Source: Dendrobates tinctorius (taxonomy: Eukaryota). Taken from it: a DNA stretch of 64,000 bases. The stretch covers positions 11,036,001-11,100,000 of the forward strand of contig NW_027361782.1 in the NCBI RefSeq assembly GCF_039654945.1, read 5' to 3'. The translations under genes and the position numbers were made by a program. The notes beneath the pieces were generated by a model. The model ran no database searches. It had not been told where the DNA came from and worked only from the letters and a program-made list of their open reading frames with translations. Position 1 is the first letter of the stretch; each line of letters starts with the position of its first letter. Positions 13,902-25,593 of this stretch are shown piece after piece.

Positions 13902-15122
13902 CACTCACTGGCCACTTTATTAGGTACACCTGTCCAACTGTGTGTTAAGACTTAATTTCTAATCAGCCAATCACATGGCGGCAACTCAGTGCATTTAGGC
14001 ATGTAGACATGGTCAAGACAATCTCCTGCAGTTCAAACCGAGCATCAGTATGGGGAAGAAAGGTGATTTGAGTGCCTTTGAACGTGGCATGATTGTTGGT
14101 GCCAGAAGGGCTGGTCTGAGAATTTCAGAAACTGCTGATCTACTGGGATTTTCACGCACAACCATCTCTAGGGTTTACAGAGAATGGTCCGAAAAAGAAA
14201 AAAAATCCAGTGAGCGGCAGTTCTGTGGCCGGAAATGCCATGTTGATGCCAGAGGTCAGAGGAGAATGGGCAGACTGGTTCGAGCTGATAGAAAGGCAAC
14301 AGTGACTCAAATTGCCACCCGTTACAACCAAGGTAGGCAGAAGAGCATCTCTGAACGCACAGTGCGTCGAACTTTGAGGCAGATGGGCTACAGCAGCAGA
14401 AGACCACACTGGGTACCACTCCTCTCAGCTAAGAACAGGAAACTGAGGCTACAATTTGCACAAGCTCATCGAAATTGGACAGTAGAAGATTGGAAAAACG
14501 TTGCCTGGTCTGATGAGTCTCGATTTCTGCTGCGACATTCGGATGGTAGGGTCAGAATTTGGCGTAAACAACATGAAAGCATGGATCCATCCTGCCTTGT
14601 ATCAACGGTTCAGGCTGGTGGTGGTGGTGTCATGGTGTGGGGAATTTTTTCTGGGCACTCTTTGGGCCCCTTGGTACCAATTGAGCATCGTTGCAACGCC
14701 ACAGCCTACCTGAGTATTGTTGCTGACCATGTCCATCCCTTTATGACCACAATGTACCCAACATCTGATGGCTACTTTCAGCAGGATAATGCGCCATGTC
14801 ATAAAGCTCGAATCATCTCAGATTGGTTTCTTGAACATGACAATGAGTTTACTGTACTCAAATGGCCTCCTCAGTCACCAGATCTCAATCCAATAGAGCA
14901 TCTTTGGGATGTGGTGGAACGGGAGATTCGCATCAGGGATGTGCAGCCGACAAATCTGCGCCAACTGTGTGATGCCATCATGTCAATATGGTCCAAAATC
15001 TCTGAGGAATGCTTCCAGCACCTTGTTGAATCTCTGCCACGAAGAATTGAGGCAGTTCTGAAGGCAAAAGGGGGTCCAACCCCTTACTAGCATGGTGTAC
15101 CTAATAAAGTGGCCAGTGAGTG
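13902..15122 (+). mobile_element. Full-length Tc1/mariner element, DD36E (Incomer-type), copy 1
   Basis: Perfect ~29-bp TIRs CACTCACTGGCCACTTTATTAGGTACACC, TA TSD within (TA)n, 1221 bp. Confidence 0.95.
14050..15090 (+). CDS. Intact Tc1-family DD36E transposase, 346 aa
   Basis: Paired-like HTH N-terminus, [19 protein letters not shown] with 36 residues between the second D and E. Confidence 0.95.
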   Translation: MGKKGDLSAFERGMIVGARRAGLRISETADLLGFSRTTISRVYREWSEKEKKSSERQFCGRKCHVDARGQRRMGRLVRADRKATVTQIATRYNQGRQKSISERTVRRTLRQMGYSSRRPHWVPLLSAKNRKLRLQFAQAHRNWTVEDWKNVAWSDESRFLLRHSDGRVRIWRKQHESMDPSCLVSTVQAGGGGVMVWGIFSGHSLGPLVPIEHRCNATAYLSIVADHVHPFMTTMYPTSDGYFQQDNAPCHKARIISDWFLEHDNEFTVLKWPPQSPDLNPIEHLWDVVEREIRIRDVQPTNLRQLCDAIMSIWSKISEECFQHLVESLPRRIEAVLKAKGGPTPY

Positions 15123-15740
15123 TATATTATACATGTAATAGGGACACAATAACATATATATTACAAATTCATACAGTTCATCATAGCAGAATAGCCGCAG
15201 AAAAATTTGCCGGCTTTTGTATAATTATTCTCCTGCCCGACATGAAATGACACATGGTTTACATATAGTTAACCATTTCATTTCATGTTTTTTTTGTTAT
15301 GTCTATCACTATTAATTAGATGAGGGTTTGTGGGTAAAATTTTGGACTTGTAGGGGTTAATTTAAGGGGTTAATTCGTTGTATTAAATTGCAGGGACTCC
15401 TGCTGACGTCACTGAGGCTGCAGGGAGTCCCCGTAATTTCATACAACGAATTAACCCCTTAAATTAACCCCTACAAGTCCAAAATTTTACCCAAAAACCC
15501 TCATCTAATTAATTGTGATAGACATAACAAAAAAAAACATGAAATGAAATGGTTAACTATATGTAAACCATGTGTCATTTCATGTCGGGCAGGAGAATAA
15601 TTATATAAAAGCCGGCAAATGTTTCTGCGGCTATTCTGCTATGATGAACTGTATGAATTTGTAATACATATATATTAATGTGGCTCTATGACATGTATAA
15701 CATATATATATATATATATAAATGTGTCTAGATCTATTAA
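15123..15740. repeat. Long near-perfect inverted repeat (arms ~270 bp, centre ~15405-15415)
   Basis: e.g. TTACAAATTCATACAGTTCATCATAGCAGAATAGCCGCAG versus CTGCGGCTATTCTGCTATGATGAACTGTATGAATTTGTAA. Confidence 0.9.
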
Positions 15741-18069
15741 TTCTTTATTTAACAGGTCTCTGTGATTTTACTGTATTGGAAGAATTGCCGGCTTTTGCTA
15801 AAGGACACCGGGTGCAATTTTATCGCAAGTCACACATCTAGTCCATTTTTAGTCCAATTTTTTCTCGCCCCCATAGACTTGTATCGTTGAATCCGATCCG
15901 AAAATCGGTGACAATCGCAGCATGCTGCAATTGTCTTTGTCTGAGGATCGGATCCGATCAAAAATCGCATGATGTGAGCTGCCCCATAGAATAACATTGG
16001 GACGAATGCAATGCGATTTTTTATCGCATTGCATTCTTCCGATTTAATCGCCAGTGTGACCCCGGCCTTAAAGAAAAAATGGCATGGCTTCCCCTGGATT
16101 TTTCTTAACCAGCCAGGCAAAACTCACAGCTGGGGGCTGCAACCCACAGCTGGCAGCTTCAACAAGGCTGGTTATCAAGAATAGAGTGGTCCCCATGCTG
16201 TTTTTTTTCATTATTTAAATAGCTTTAAAAAATGGCATAGGATCCACCCCATTTTTGATAACCAGTCTTGCTAAAGCAGATAGCTGGGGGCCGGTATTCT
16301 CAGGCTGGTAATGGGCCTTTGATATTGCCCCCCCCCACAACATAAAAATAGCAGCCTGCAGCAGTTCAGAAAATGCACATCTATTAGATGCGCTAATTCT
16401 GGCACTTTGCCCGGCTCTTCCCACTTGCCCTGTAGCGCTGGCTAGTGGGGTTTATATTTGTGTGGTTCATGTCATCTTTGTCACCTTTAGCAGTGAGATC
16501 ATGGATTCTTTAAAGTGCAAGCAGTGAGATCATGGAACTCTCTCCTAGAAAATGTTGTGATGTTAATTCACTGAACAAATTAAATGAGCGATTGCAAGCC
16601 ATTCATGTAAAATATAGAGTGTATATAGTAGGTTTTGGAGATTGGTTGTTGATTTGGGGAGTTAGTCTGATTGGTAGTTGTAGGGTCAAGAAGGTATTTT
16701 CCCCTTATAAGGGCAATTGGTCTCGTGAGGTTTCATCTTCCTCTGGATCATGATGGGTTACAGGTTGATGGACCCATTACTCCTTTCATCCCGTTTTCAC
16801 CTCCAGCCTCACAATCTACGTGCTCAGTATTTTTTCTCAGCATTTGTAAGCCAAAACCAGTTGAGGAACAATCAGAGGACAAGGTATAATAGAAACCTGT
16901 GCACCAATTCTGCATGTTTGACCCACTCCGGGTTTTGGCTTACAAATACTGATGTGAAATACTGACTAAATACTGATAGTGTGGCCATAGCCTTATTGGG
17001 AATGTACTTTGTGTCTGTATGTTGCAGACCCAGTAAGGACCTGGATTCTGGCAGCACAACTCCTGCAAAAAGCAAGAAACCAGCAGCACGGTGTGCGCAT
17101 TCTTCATCAGCCGAGGACATGACGAAGACCAGCTGCCGCTGTGCTTGGAATCCATCTTGCTCGGCATAAAAGGGATTTTGTGCCTTAACCCCTTAACCTC
17201 TAAAAAGCCATATTTATGAGTGAAATGTTGTAAGCTCCTCGATGACAAAGAGCTTCTTTGATAGTGGCCTGAGATATCGCACCAGGTCCGCCGCCGCTTG
17301 TAGCTGTCACTCTGAAATAAGCTGAGAGCCAGATGCGAATTGTAGAATAATGGTAAAATGATTCTTCAAAGGGCAAGATCTGGGCCCCGTTTATTGTAAT
17401 AACGTGAGTGACATTTCCTGCTGGTCGGGCGCAAGCAGGAGACGGGAAACCGGTCAATCAATTATTATAACCCGTGGTGGGCACTGGGGGCCTCCCGTCA
17501 GGTGGATTGGTCATACATACGCCCAAAAATACTAATGAAAAATGTTTGTACTGATTTATAAATAATGGACGGAACGGCTCAGTGTAAATTCATAAGAATT
17601 GTCGGGGCAGCTAAAAGCTGAAGCTCTAAGATTTTCCACCTCGGATAATCTATAGCTTCTTACAAAGCTCTTAATTAAGGGGTCCTATATTCAGGACCCC
17701 TATATTTATCAGAGCAGAGAATGACCACACAGGGTCTCTCTGAAGGACCCCGCACCAACATATCTTATATAGATGGCTCATTGCCTTCTATGGACACCAT
17801 TCAATACTTTATTTCCCCAGTGCTAGAGCAGCAGGGAAAGTGAACACCTGCTGCTGTGTTCTCCAGCCAATCACCAGAAATCCCAGCAGATAACCTGTTT
17901 TCTGCTCATGCTTGAGGGACCTCTCTAACAAAGATCCTTCCTGCCTGAAAAAGGTGCATCTTGATGCCCCTGAGCCTCAATGCAAAATCTGTGCCCAGAC
18001 GGTCCCCCACCATCTACAGTTCTAATGCATTTGGGCCCCTCATAAACCAGGACCCCGGCCCCGGCGCCT

Positions 18070-18745
18070 CAAGATAAGTGACGCACTCCCCTCGCGATAA
18101 GTGATGCACTCCCTCATGATAAGTGATGCACTACCTCACGATAAGTGACACACTCCCTCGCGATAAGTGACGTACTCCCTCGGGATGACACATTACCTTG
18201 CTATATGTGACGCACTCCCTTGCGATTAGTGACACACTCCCCTCTCGATAAGCCACGCACTCCCCTCACAATAAGAGGCACACTCCCTTGTGATAAGTGA
18301 CGCACTGCTTCGTAATAAATTATGCACTCCCTGGTGATAAGTGACACACTCCATCGCGATAAGTGACACACTCCCTCGCAATAAGCAGATACGGACTGGG
18401 GCTGAAATTCAGCCCTGGCATTTGAAATCACACAGGCCCATGCTGTCCCCGTCCCCAAGCACCAGATGGGATATATTACTAATATTACCCTGGATGGAGG
18501 GAAGCAAGATTTACTACAAAACCAGTATTTCTAATGACACCTGTGGCCTGCTGAGGTAAGTGACTTTGTGCTCCGTCACAACTCTTAATAGTATGGGTGT
18601 CTTGAGAACACCGATTCTGTTAACAACGTAGCAGACAAGTCAGCCCATGACCAGACAGGCCCTTCTGGCATTTGCCAGAATTGCCAGATGGCCAGTCCGG
18701 CCCTGGCGATAAGTGATGCAGTCCCTCACGATAAGTGATGCTCTG
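18070..18745 (+). repeat. ~22-bp minisatellite (GATAAGTGACRCACTCCCTCRC)n, interrupted by a MITE
   Basis: About 14 degenerate units at 18070-18385 plus two more at 18706-18745. Confidence 0.85.
18386..18705. mobile_element. hAT-type MITE
   Basis: CAGATACGGACTGG...CCAGTCCGGCCCTG ends; 8-bp TSD GCAATAAG/GCGATAAG. Confidence 0.75.
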
Positions 18746-19956
18746 CCGCTCAGACCCCTATTTCCTCGGGATGATAATTATTTCCTATGTGACATTTTTA
18801 GAATAAATCTCCAGGAGTCTTTTTTGTTCCCACTGATTTTTTTTCTATTCATCTTCTTTAGCATTGAAGCATTTAATAGATGAAGAACCATTAATGTTCC
18901 CCGTAACTAATGATCTGCCACTTCTCCATCCAACAATCTCCAGCCCTATAAATAATAATAATCTTTATTTTCATATAAACATGGCGTGCGCTCAGGTCCA
19001 GACACTGGGTGCACAGGGTTATAGGATCCATCTGTGCGAACCTAGCAGAGACTAACAGTTGTGCGGTTCGTGAAATGGAAGCTTTTCATCTCGGCTTTGA
19101 AGTTCGTCCTTAGACTGATGGAGGCTTCAGTGGCTGTAGGACGGAGCAGGATTATGGATTGTGCAATAACGTCAGAGTCTGGGGACCGCCACTCTACAGG
19201 ATGATGATAGAAAGCTACAGTAAGATCCGAGAGATCCAACATGGAAACATGGTGGAAGATGGTTTCATTTAACCCTTCAGTGGCTGCAGGGTCGTGCATC
19301 TCATGTGCGCATCCTGTACATCTGTGCGTTTTGCATCTTTTACTAAATGTGTTCATGAATCTTGTAAGTTTTCTTATTAGTGGATGGGGAACGATCAGTT
19401 TTCATTTTGCAAAACTCCAACGGAAAAAGGGATTTTTCTACCCAGACCCTGGGTGAGGAGATGAAAGTGATCACAGGCTGAAGTGGCAATCCTGGAAAGT
19501 CACCGATGTTCTGCTGCGCCAATAAACTTTCTAAGTAAAGAGTATAACAGGCACCTTGCAGAGCGACAAACCGAGAGGAGGCACGCGGGGAACTTTAGGG
19601 ATCAATAGCTCTTCAATTATGTTCCTACAAACAATCACCTGCTCGACCTATGTAACACTACCAAATTGGTCACCATTGACCCGCAGCCTGCGGCAGATTC
19701 TGTCACACGACTTCTCCTTCACTTTCCATGAAATACAAGTAAAGGCTTTCAACATCTTTGCCCCAAAAGCAAATGATGAGCAGTGGGTGGAGCAGGGAAT
19801 ACTGAACATTATCAGTTGTGGGCAAATTATTTTACTATATTTTTCTGCAGTAATATTTTCTCAACATGAAAATACTCAGGTTATTTTCGTTTTAATAAGG
19901 TTATTTTCATAATGTCCAAAAAAAGACAATGAAGTCTTGTCTGTACGCCCTGTCAG

Positions 19957-20426
19957 TAGAGTTGAGCGAAACAGGTCGGTCAGATTCAAAAGTCGCCGAC
20001 TTTCGCCAAAGTCGGGTTTCATGAAACAAAACCCGACCACAGTGTGAAGTTGGCCATGCGGTCGGCGACCCAAGCGCCAAAATCGGGTTTCGCCGATTGT
20101 TTGCACGTGACTTTTTTCAGCCATTGAGAGAAGCGGAGCGTAGCTGGAGTGGGAGTGGGAGAGAGAGAGAGAGAGAGGGAGAGAGAAGAGAGAAGAGAGA
20201 GAGAGAAGAGAGAGAGAGATTTCGCCGCCTCTAGGGTTAAAATTCATGCCAGGTGTGTTTACAGTCCTCCACTCACTGCCGACTTTTCTGCCCATTGACT
20301 TTCATTGGGTTTCGTGTTTCACGACTTTTCCTTATAGTCGGCCGATTTCGTTCGACTCGACTTTTGAGAAAGTCGGGTTTCATGAAACCCGACTCGACCC
20401 TAAAAAGGCAAAGTCGCTCATCTCTA
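19957..20426. mobile_element. hAT-type MITE with internal (GA)n
   Basis: TIR TAGAGTTGAGCGA/TCGCTCATCTCTA; 8-bp TSD CCTGTCAG/CCTGTCAA. Confidence 0.85.
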
Positions 20427-23400
20427 CCTGTCAATATTACCAATAAGGACATAAAGACCTCACAATGTACGTCTTCCCTCTGAAAGTCACCAAATAATGG
20501 CTGCTTCTGTGCCTTCATGTCAGCATGTAATGTGACATTGCCACTGCAGAGGGCGCTATGGAGGACATGTATGGCCAGAGCAAAATTCTTCTAGTGATGT
20601 ACAGAAGCCAAAGTGATCAGTAGATGACCGGGGCGGCTGTGCTGAGAGAAAGGCTTGTCCTGAGCACGGAAGCCCATGGTCTTACAGCCCTTAACCCTAA
20701 TGGGGAGTAGAAACAGGAACAGTCTGGGCGAGACAATTCCTCCACAATCTCTTTATTCTTCTGATCTTCTGACAGCAAAGAAATCCAACAAATGTGATGT
20801 AATTAGCCCATTATAGAGCATTAATAACAAGTATAAAAGTAGAATACAAAACTACCGTCTCTTGTGTTTTCTTATTTTCTTTGTATATTAATTTTATTTG
20901 TTATTATTACAGCGTCATTTATTCCATGGCGCTTTACATGTGAGGAGGGGTATACATAATAAAAACAAGTACAGTAATCTTAAGCAATACAAGTCATGAC
21001 TGGTACAGGAGGAGCAAGGACCCTGCCTGTGAGGGCTCACAGTCTGCAAGGGATGGGTGAGAAATCAGTAGGTGATCGTAGAGCTGGTCGTGCAGCGGTT
21101 TGGTAGATCGGTGGTTACTGTAGGTTGTAGGCTTGTCAGAAGATGTAGGTCTTCAGGTTCCTTTAGAAGGTTTCCATGGTAGACGAGAGTCTGATATGTT
21201 GGGGTAGAGAGTTCCAGAGTAGGGGTGATACGCGGGAGAAATCTTGCATGCGGTTGTGGAAAGAGGAGATAAGAGGGGAGTAGAAAAGGAGATCTTGTGA
21301 GGATCGGAGGCTGTGTGCAGGTAAGTACTGGGAGACAAGGTCATAGATGTAAGGAGGACACAGATTGTGGATGGCTTTGTATGCCACGGTTAGGGTTTTG
21401 AACTGGAGTCTTTGGGTAATGGGGTGCCAGTGCAGGGATTGAAAAAGAGGAGAGGCCGGGGAATAATGGGGGGGGGACAGATGGATTGGTCAGTTAGTCA
21501 AGCAGCAGAGTTTAGAATAGATTGGAGGGGTGCGAGAGTGTTAGAGGGGATGCCACAGAGCAGGAGGTTGCAGTAGGTAGTCAAGGCGGGAGATGATGAG
21601 GGCATGAATTAGGGTTTTGCAGTTTCTTGGTTGAGGAATGTACTGATACGGGAAATATTTTTGAGTTGAAGTTGGTAGGCTGTGGAGAAGGCTTGGATAT
21701 GTGGCTTGAAGGAAAGATCAGTGTCAAGGATTACTCCAAGGCAGTGAGCTTGTGGGACTGGGGAGAGTGAGTAGCCATTTACTTTAATGGATTGGTCTGT
21801 TTTGGGGGGGTCGAGTGAGTTGGGGGAAAGATGATGAATTCTGTTTTGTCCATATTAAGTTTCAGAAATCTAGCTAAGAACAAGGATGAAATAGAGGACA
21901 GACATTGTGGGATTTTGGTTAGTAGGGAGGCGATATCTGGTCCAGAGAGGTAGATCTGTGTGTCATCAGCATAGAAGTGATACTGATAGCCATGAGATTC
22001 TATTAGCTGTCTCAGGCTAAAGGTGTAAATGGAAAAGAGCAGGGGCGGTAGGACTGAACCAAGCGGGACTTCGACAGATAGGGGGCAAGGTGAGGAGGTG
22101 GTGTGCGAGTGGGGGACGCGTAATGTCCAGTTTGTTAGGTATAAGGAGATCCAAGATAGGGCCAAGTCTGCAATGCCAAGAGATGAGAAGGTCTGTAGTA
22201 ATAGGGAGTGGTCCACTGCGTCAAAGGCAGAGGACAAGTCCAGGAGGAGGACAGAGTAGTGTTGCTTGGCTTTGGCAGTTAATAGGTCATTAGTGACTTT
22301 AGTTAGGGCAGTTTCAGTGGAGTGATGCGGCCAAAAGCCAGATTGTAAGCGGTCAAAGAGGGAGCAAGAAGACAGGTGGGAGGACAGTTCAAGATGGACA
22401 TGTTGTTCCAGTAATTTTGAGGCATAGGGGAGAAGTGGTATGGGGCGATAGCTAGATACAGAGGATGAGTCAAGAGAGGGCTTTTTGAGGATGTATGTGA
22501 TTGAGGCATGTTTGAAGCATGAGGGGAAAACACCAGTTATTAGTGATATGTTAAAGAGATGGGATAGGGTTGGCATGAAGACTGTGGTGAGTTTTGGGAT
22601 GAAGTGGGATGGGATCGGGTCAAGTGCACAGGTGGTGAGATGTTATCTTGAGAGTAGAGTGGAGAGTCGATCTCCTGTAATGGTAAAGAAGTTGGTTTTG
22701 GAGGAGGAGGGCTAAGCAGTTAGGAAGAGAGGTTGTGGGGGATGTAGGCCAAAGTTTTCTCTGATGTTATCAATCTTCTGCTTGAAGAATGAGGCAAAGT
22801 CTTTAGCTGAGATAAGTGGAGAGGTAGGAGGTGCTGGGGGATGGAGGAGAGAATTGAAAGTGTTGAATAACTGTTTAGGGTTGTGAGACAGGGAGGACAT
22901 GAGAGATGAGAAGTAGTTTTTTTTTTGCTGCAGCAAGTGTTGCCTTGAAAGTAGTGAGGGACTGTTTGAATGTGATGAAGTGCTCATTGGAATGGGATCT
23001 TTTCCATCTCCGCTCAGCAACCCTGGTATCCCGTCTTAGTTTCTTGGGTCAGGCTGGTGTGCCAGGGTTGTCTTGATTTTGCGAGCTTTGGTATTTGTGT
23101 GGGGGTGACTGATTCAATTGCTGCAGCTGTTGTGATGTTATGTAAAGCAGCAGCAATGTCCATATTGTGTAAGGAACTTATGTCTGTAAGAGGAAGGAAG
23201 GATTCAGAAAGTGAGTGTAAATCAAGGTGTTTAAGATTTCTGCTAGGGTGTGCGAATTTGTGGAGTGGGGATTGTGGACAAGGAGTGGAGAGGAAAGAGA
23301 ATATAAGTAGGTTGTGGTCAAAAATGGAGAGGTGAGTTAGAGAGGTTAGATAGGGAGCAGAGGCGGGTGAAGATAATCAGGGTCCAGAGTGTGGCCATCT

Positions 23401-25359
23401 TTGTGACTGGCTGCAAAAGACCATTGAGCGAGGCCAAACAAGGAAGTGAGAGATAGAAGTTTAGTGGCAGCTGAGAGGGAAGTGTCAATGGGGATGTTGA
23501 AGTCACCCAAGATGATAGTGGGGATGTCAGCGGAAAGGAAATTAAGTAGCCAGGTGGTGAAGTGGTCGAAGAAGGTGGATGGCCCTGGGGGCGGTAAAAG
23601 ACAACTAGTTGGAGGTTGGAGGGGGAGCAGATGTGCAAAGAGTGCACCTCAAAGGAAGGGAGGGTGGCAGTGGGATTTGGGTGAAGGAGCAGTTATCTGA
23701 CAGGAGAAAATCAACTCCTCCGCCATGCTTGCTGCTGGGGAAGGGGTTGTGGGAAAAGTGGAATCCACCATATGAAAGTGCAGCTGGAGAGGCTGTGTCA
23801 GGGAGGGTGAGATCATGGATGTATGAAAGTTTGTTGCAGACAGAGCGAGTGTTCCATAGAGCTCCTGTTAGTGGGGCTGGGGAAGTGGGGGACGGGTAAA
23901 TGGGTATAAGGTTAGAGAAGCTACGGAAGTTTGTGGCAGAGCGTGGATGGGAGGTAGAAATGACTGTGGGGATGTGGTGAGGAGGACCAGGATTTGGAGA
24001 GTTATCAATGAGCAGTGAGTAGGAGCAGAGAAAGTGATAGCAGGTTGGAGCAGGAGAGGGCATGAGGGGGCTGTCTGTGTGGTGCCCTGAGGGTTCAGTC
24101 GCCACAGAGGTACTGCACCTCCTCCTGAGGTGTGGTGCCCCACCATTCAGGTAAGGTGGAGACTCCTGACCACACTCCAACACCTGCATCCCACACAACA
24201 TAGTAGTGTAGCAAAGCACTCTTTGGTGGCTCCCTGCTTGGAACACGAAGCATGCTGGGAGGCGGGTGGAGTTTAGTTTGCACTAAATGAGCGGGAAGAG
24301 GATAGGATTTAGTCAGTTAGTCACAGGAGTCTGACGAGGTCAGTCTGTGAAAGGAGATCCCCTGAGTGGGATGGATGAAGGAAGTGCTGCAGCTGACCTC
24401 AGTGATCTGGGTCCGCTGGCACAAGAAAGGAACATTGATAGAAAGCCTAACTCTCCATAAGAAAGATTGATTAGTACGGAACGTGAGGAGAAGAAGAGAA
24501 CAAGGACCAGGGTTAGAGGAGAACCCTTCCCAAGTTCTAAGCACAAGGCCGGGGTCCGGTCCCCGAGGTTGTATGGATACTAATGGTCCTGCAGCAGACA
24601 CCGGAGGAATAGAAGTAGGGACCACTTTATTCCCACACCAGACTTGGGGGCACAACAGCAACGTGTGTGAGCCGGGACTTAGTAGCAAGGAGTCCCCGAA
24701 GCAGGCTACAGCTGTCTGCCGTGCGAGTAGAATTCTTAGGAACATCTGACAGGAGGAACTCCAGTGTAACTCAGTACTGTGAGTACTTCACTAAAAGGCG
24801 CTAAGAGGGAGACGTTCAGAAAAGGCACATATGTTGGTGGAGCGTTGTAAAGGAGTACTTCATCTTGCCTGGAAGTTGGCTGAGCTCCTGACCCGGAGGA
24901 CACGGCACGGATGCGGGCACCTGTACCACAACAGAGTCTGAGTAAAGCTTTGGAACTACATGCCCTGGTGACCTCCACTTATTCCTGCGTCAACCTGCCC
25001 GGCACTGCTACATCCCTCCTGCGCCCGGCACTACACCATCTAAGTGTCACTTCACCTACTCTGCCCTGGGACTACAGCCCGGCCTGTGGAGGGCTATAAC
25101 ATCATTGCTGCACCACACCATCTGTCCCAGAGGAGCTGTTTGCAGCGTCGGCTTAACATCTTCCTTGCCGAACACCACAGGTGGCGTCACGAATCACTTA
25201 TAAACTTTCACCACCATAAGCACACTGAAACGACCCCTTTTGCAATGGGGCCCCAGGGCCACAGACCGGGTCACTGCTGCCGTGACAACTCCCATTGAGA
25301 AGATCAACTGGCCCGGTCCCGAGTACCCCACAGCCCTGGCGTGTGAGGGCGCTCCAACT

Positions 25360-25377
25360 TGGCGTCACGAACAGGAT
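25360..25377 (+). promoter_or_regulatory. Primer-binding site TGGCGTCACGAACAGGAT, complementary to the 3' end of vertebrate tRNA-Ser(CGA)
   Basis: Starts with TGG 3 nt after the 5' LTR; matches, from recall, the tRNA-Ser(CGA) 3' end ...ATCCTGTTCGTGACG-CCA. Confidence 0.8.
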
Positions 25378-25593
25378 GACGAGACCCGGTGCCACCGGGT
25401 GCTGTGTGCCTATGATTTATTGGACTTAACAGCTTGTGAAAATGTGCAGAATAACCAATTTGATAGACTGTAAAATGAACGCTAAAAATGGCCGCCGGTG
25501 CGGATAAGAAGGGCGTGACAACATGGGTGGTCCTAAGAAAAGACAGCAAACTGTCCTGGGCCTCCCCTGTCTGAACTTCTATGCAACAACAAC

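Larger units (their letters stand above)
13633..16067. mobile_element. Harbinger-type non-autonomous element inserted into the right TTAA of copy A; hosts a Tc1 and a large hairpin
   Basis: GGCTGGAGTCACAC...GTGTGACCCCGGCC ends, TTA TSD at 13630-13632 and 16068-16070. Confidence 0.8.
4583..16490. mobile_element. hAT-type non-autonomous element (TAGAGATGGGCG end), split by nested insertions; pieces at 4583-4794, 5650-5857 and 16071-~16490
   Basis: Left end resembles the TIR of the TSD-flanked element at 19957 (TAGAGTTGAGCG). Sequence reads through the insertion junctions. Right end not identified. Confidence 0.55.

Noticed and set aside
18070-18385. CRISPR-like regular repeats (also 34555-36910)
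   Set aside because: Head-to-tail tandem units without unique spacers, no cas genes, eukaryotic context
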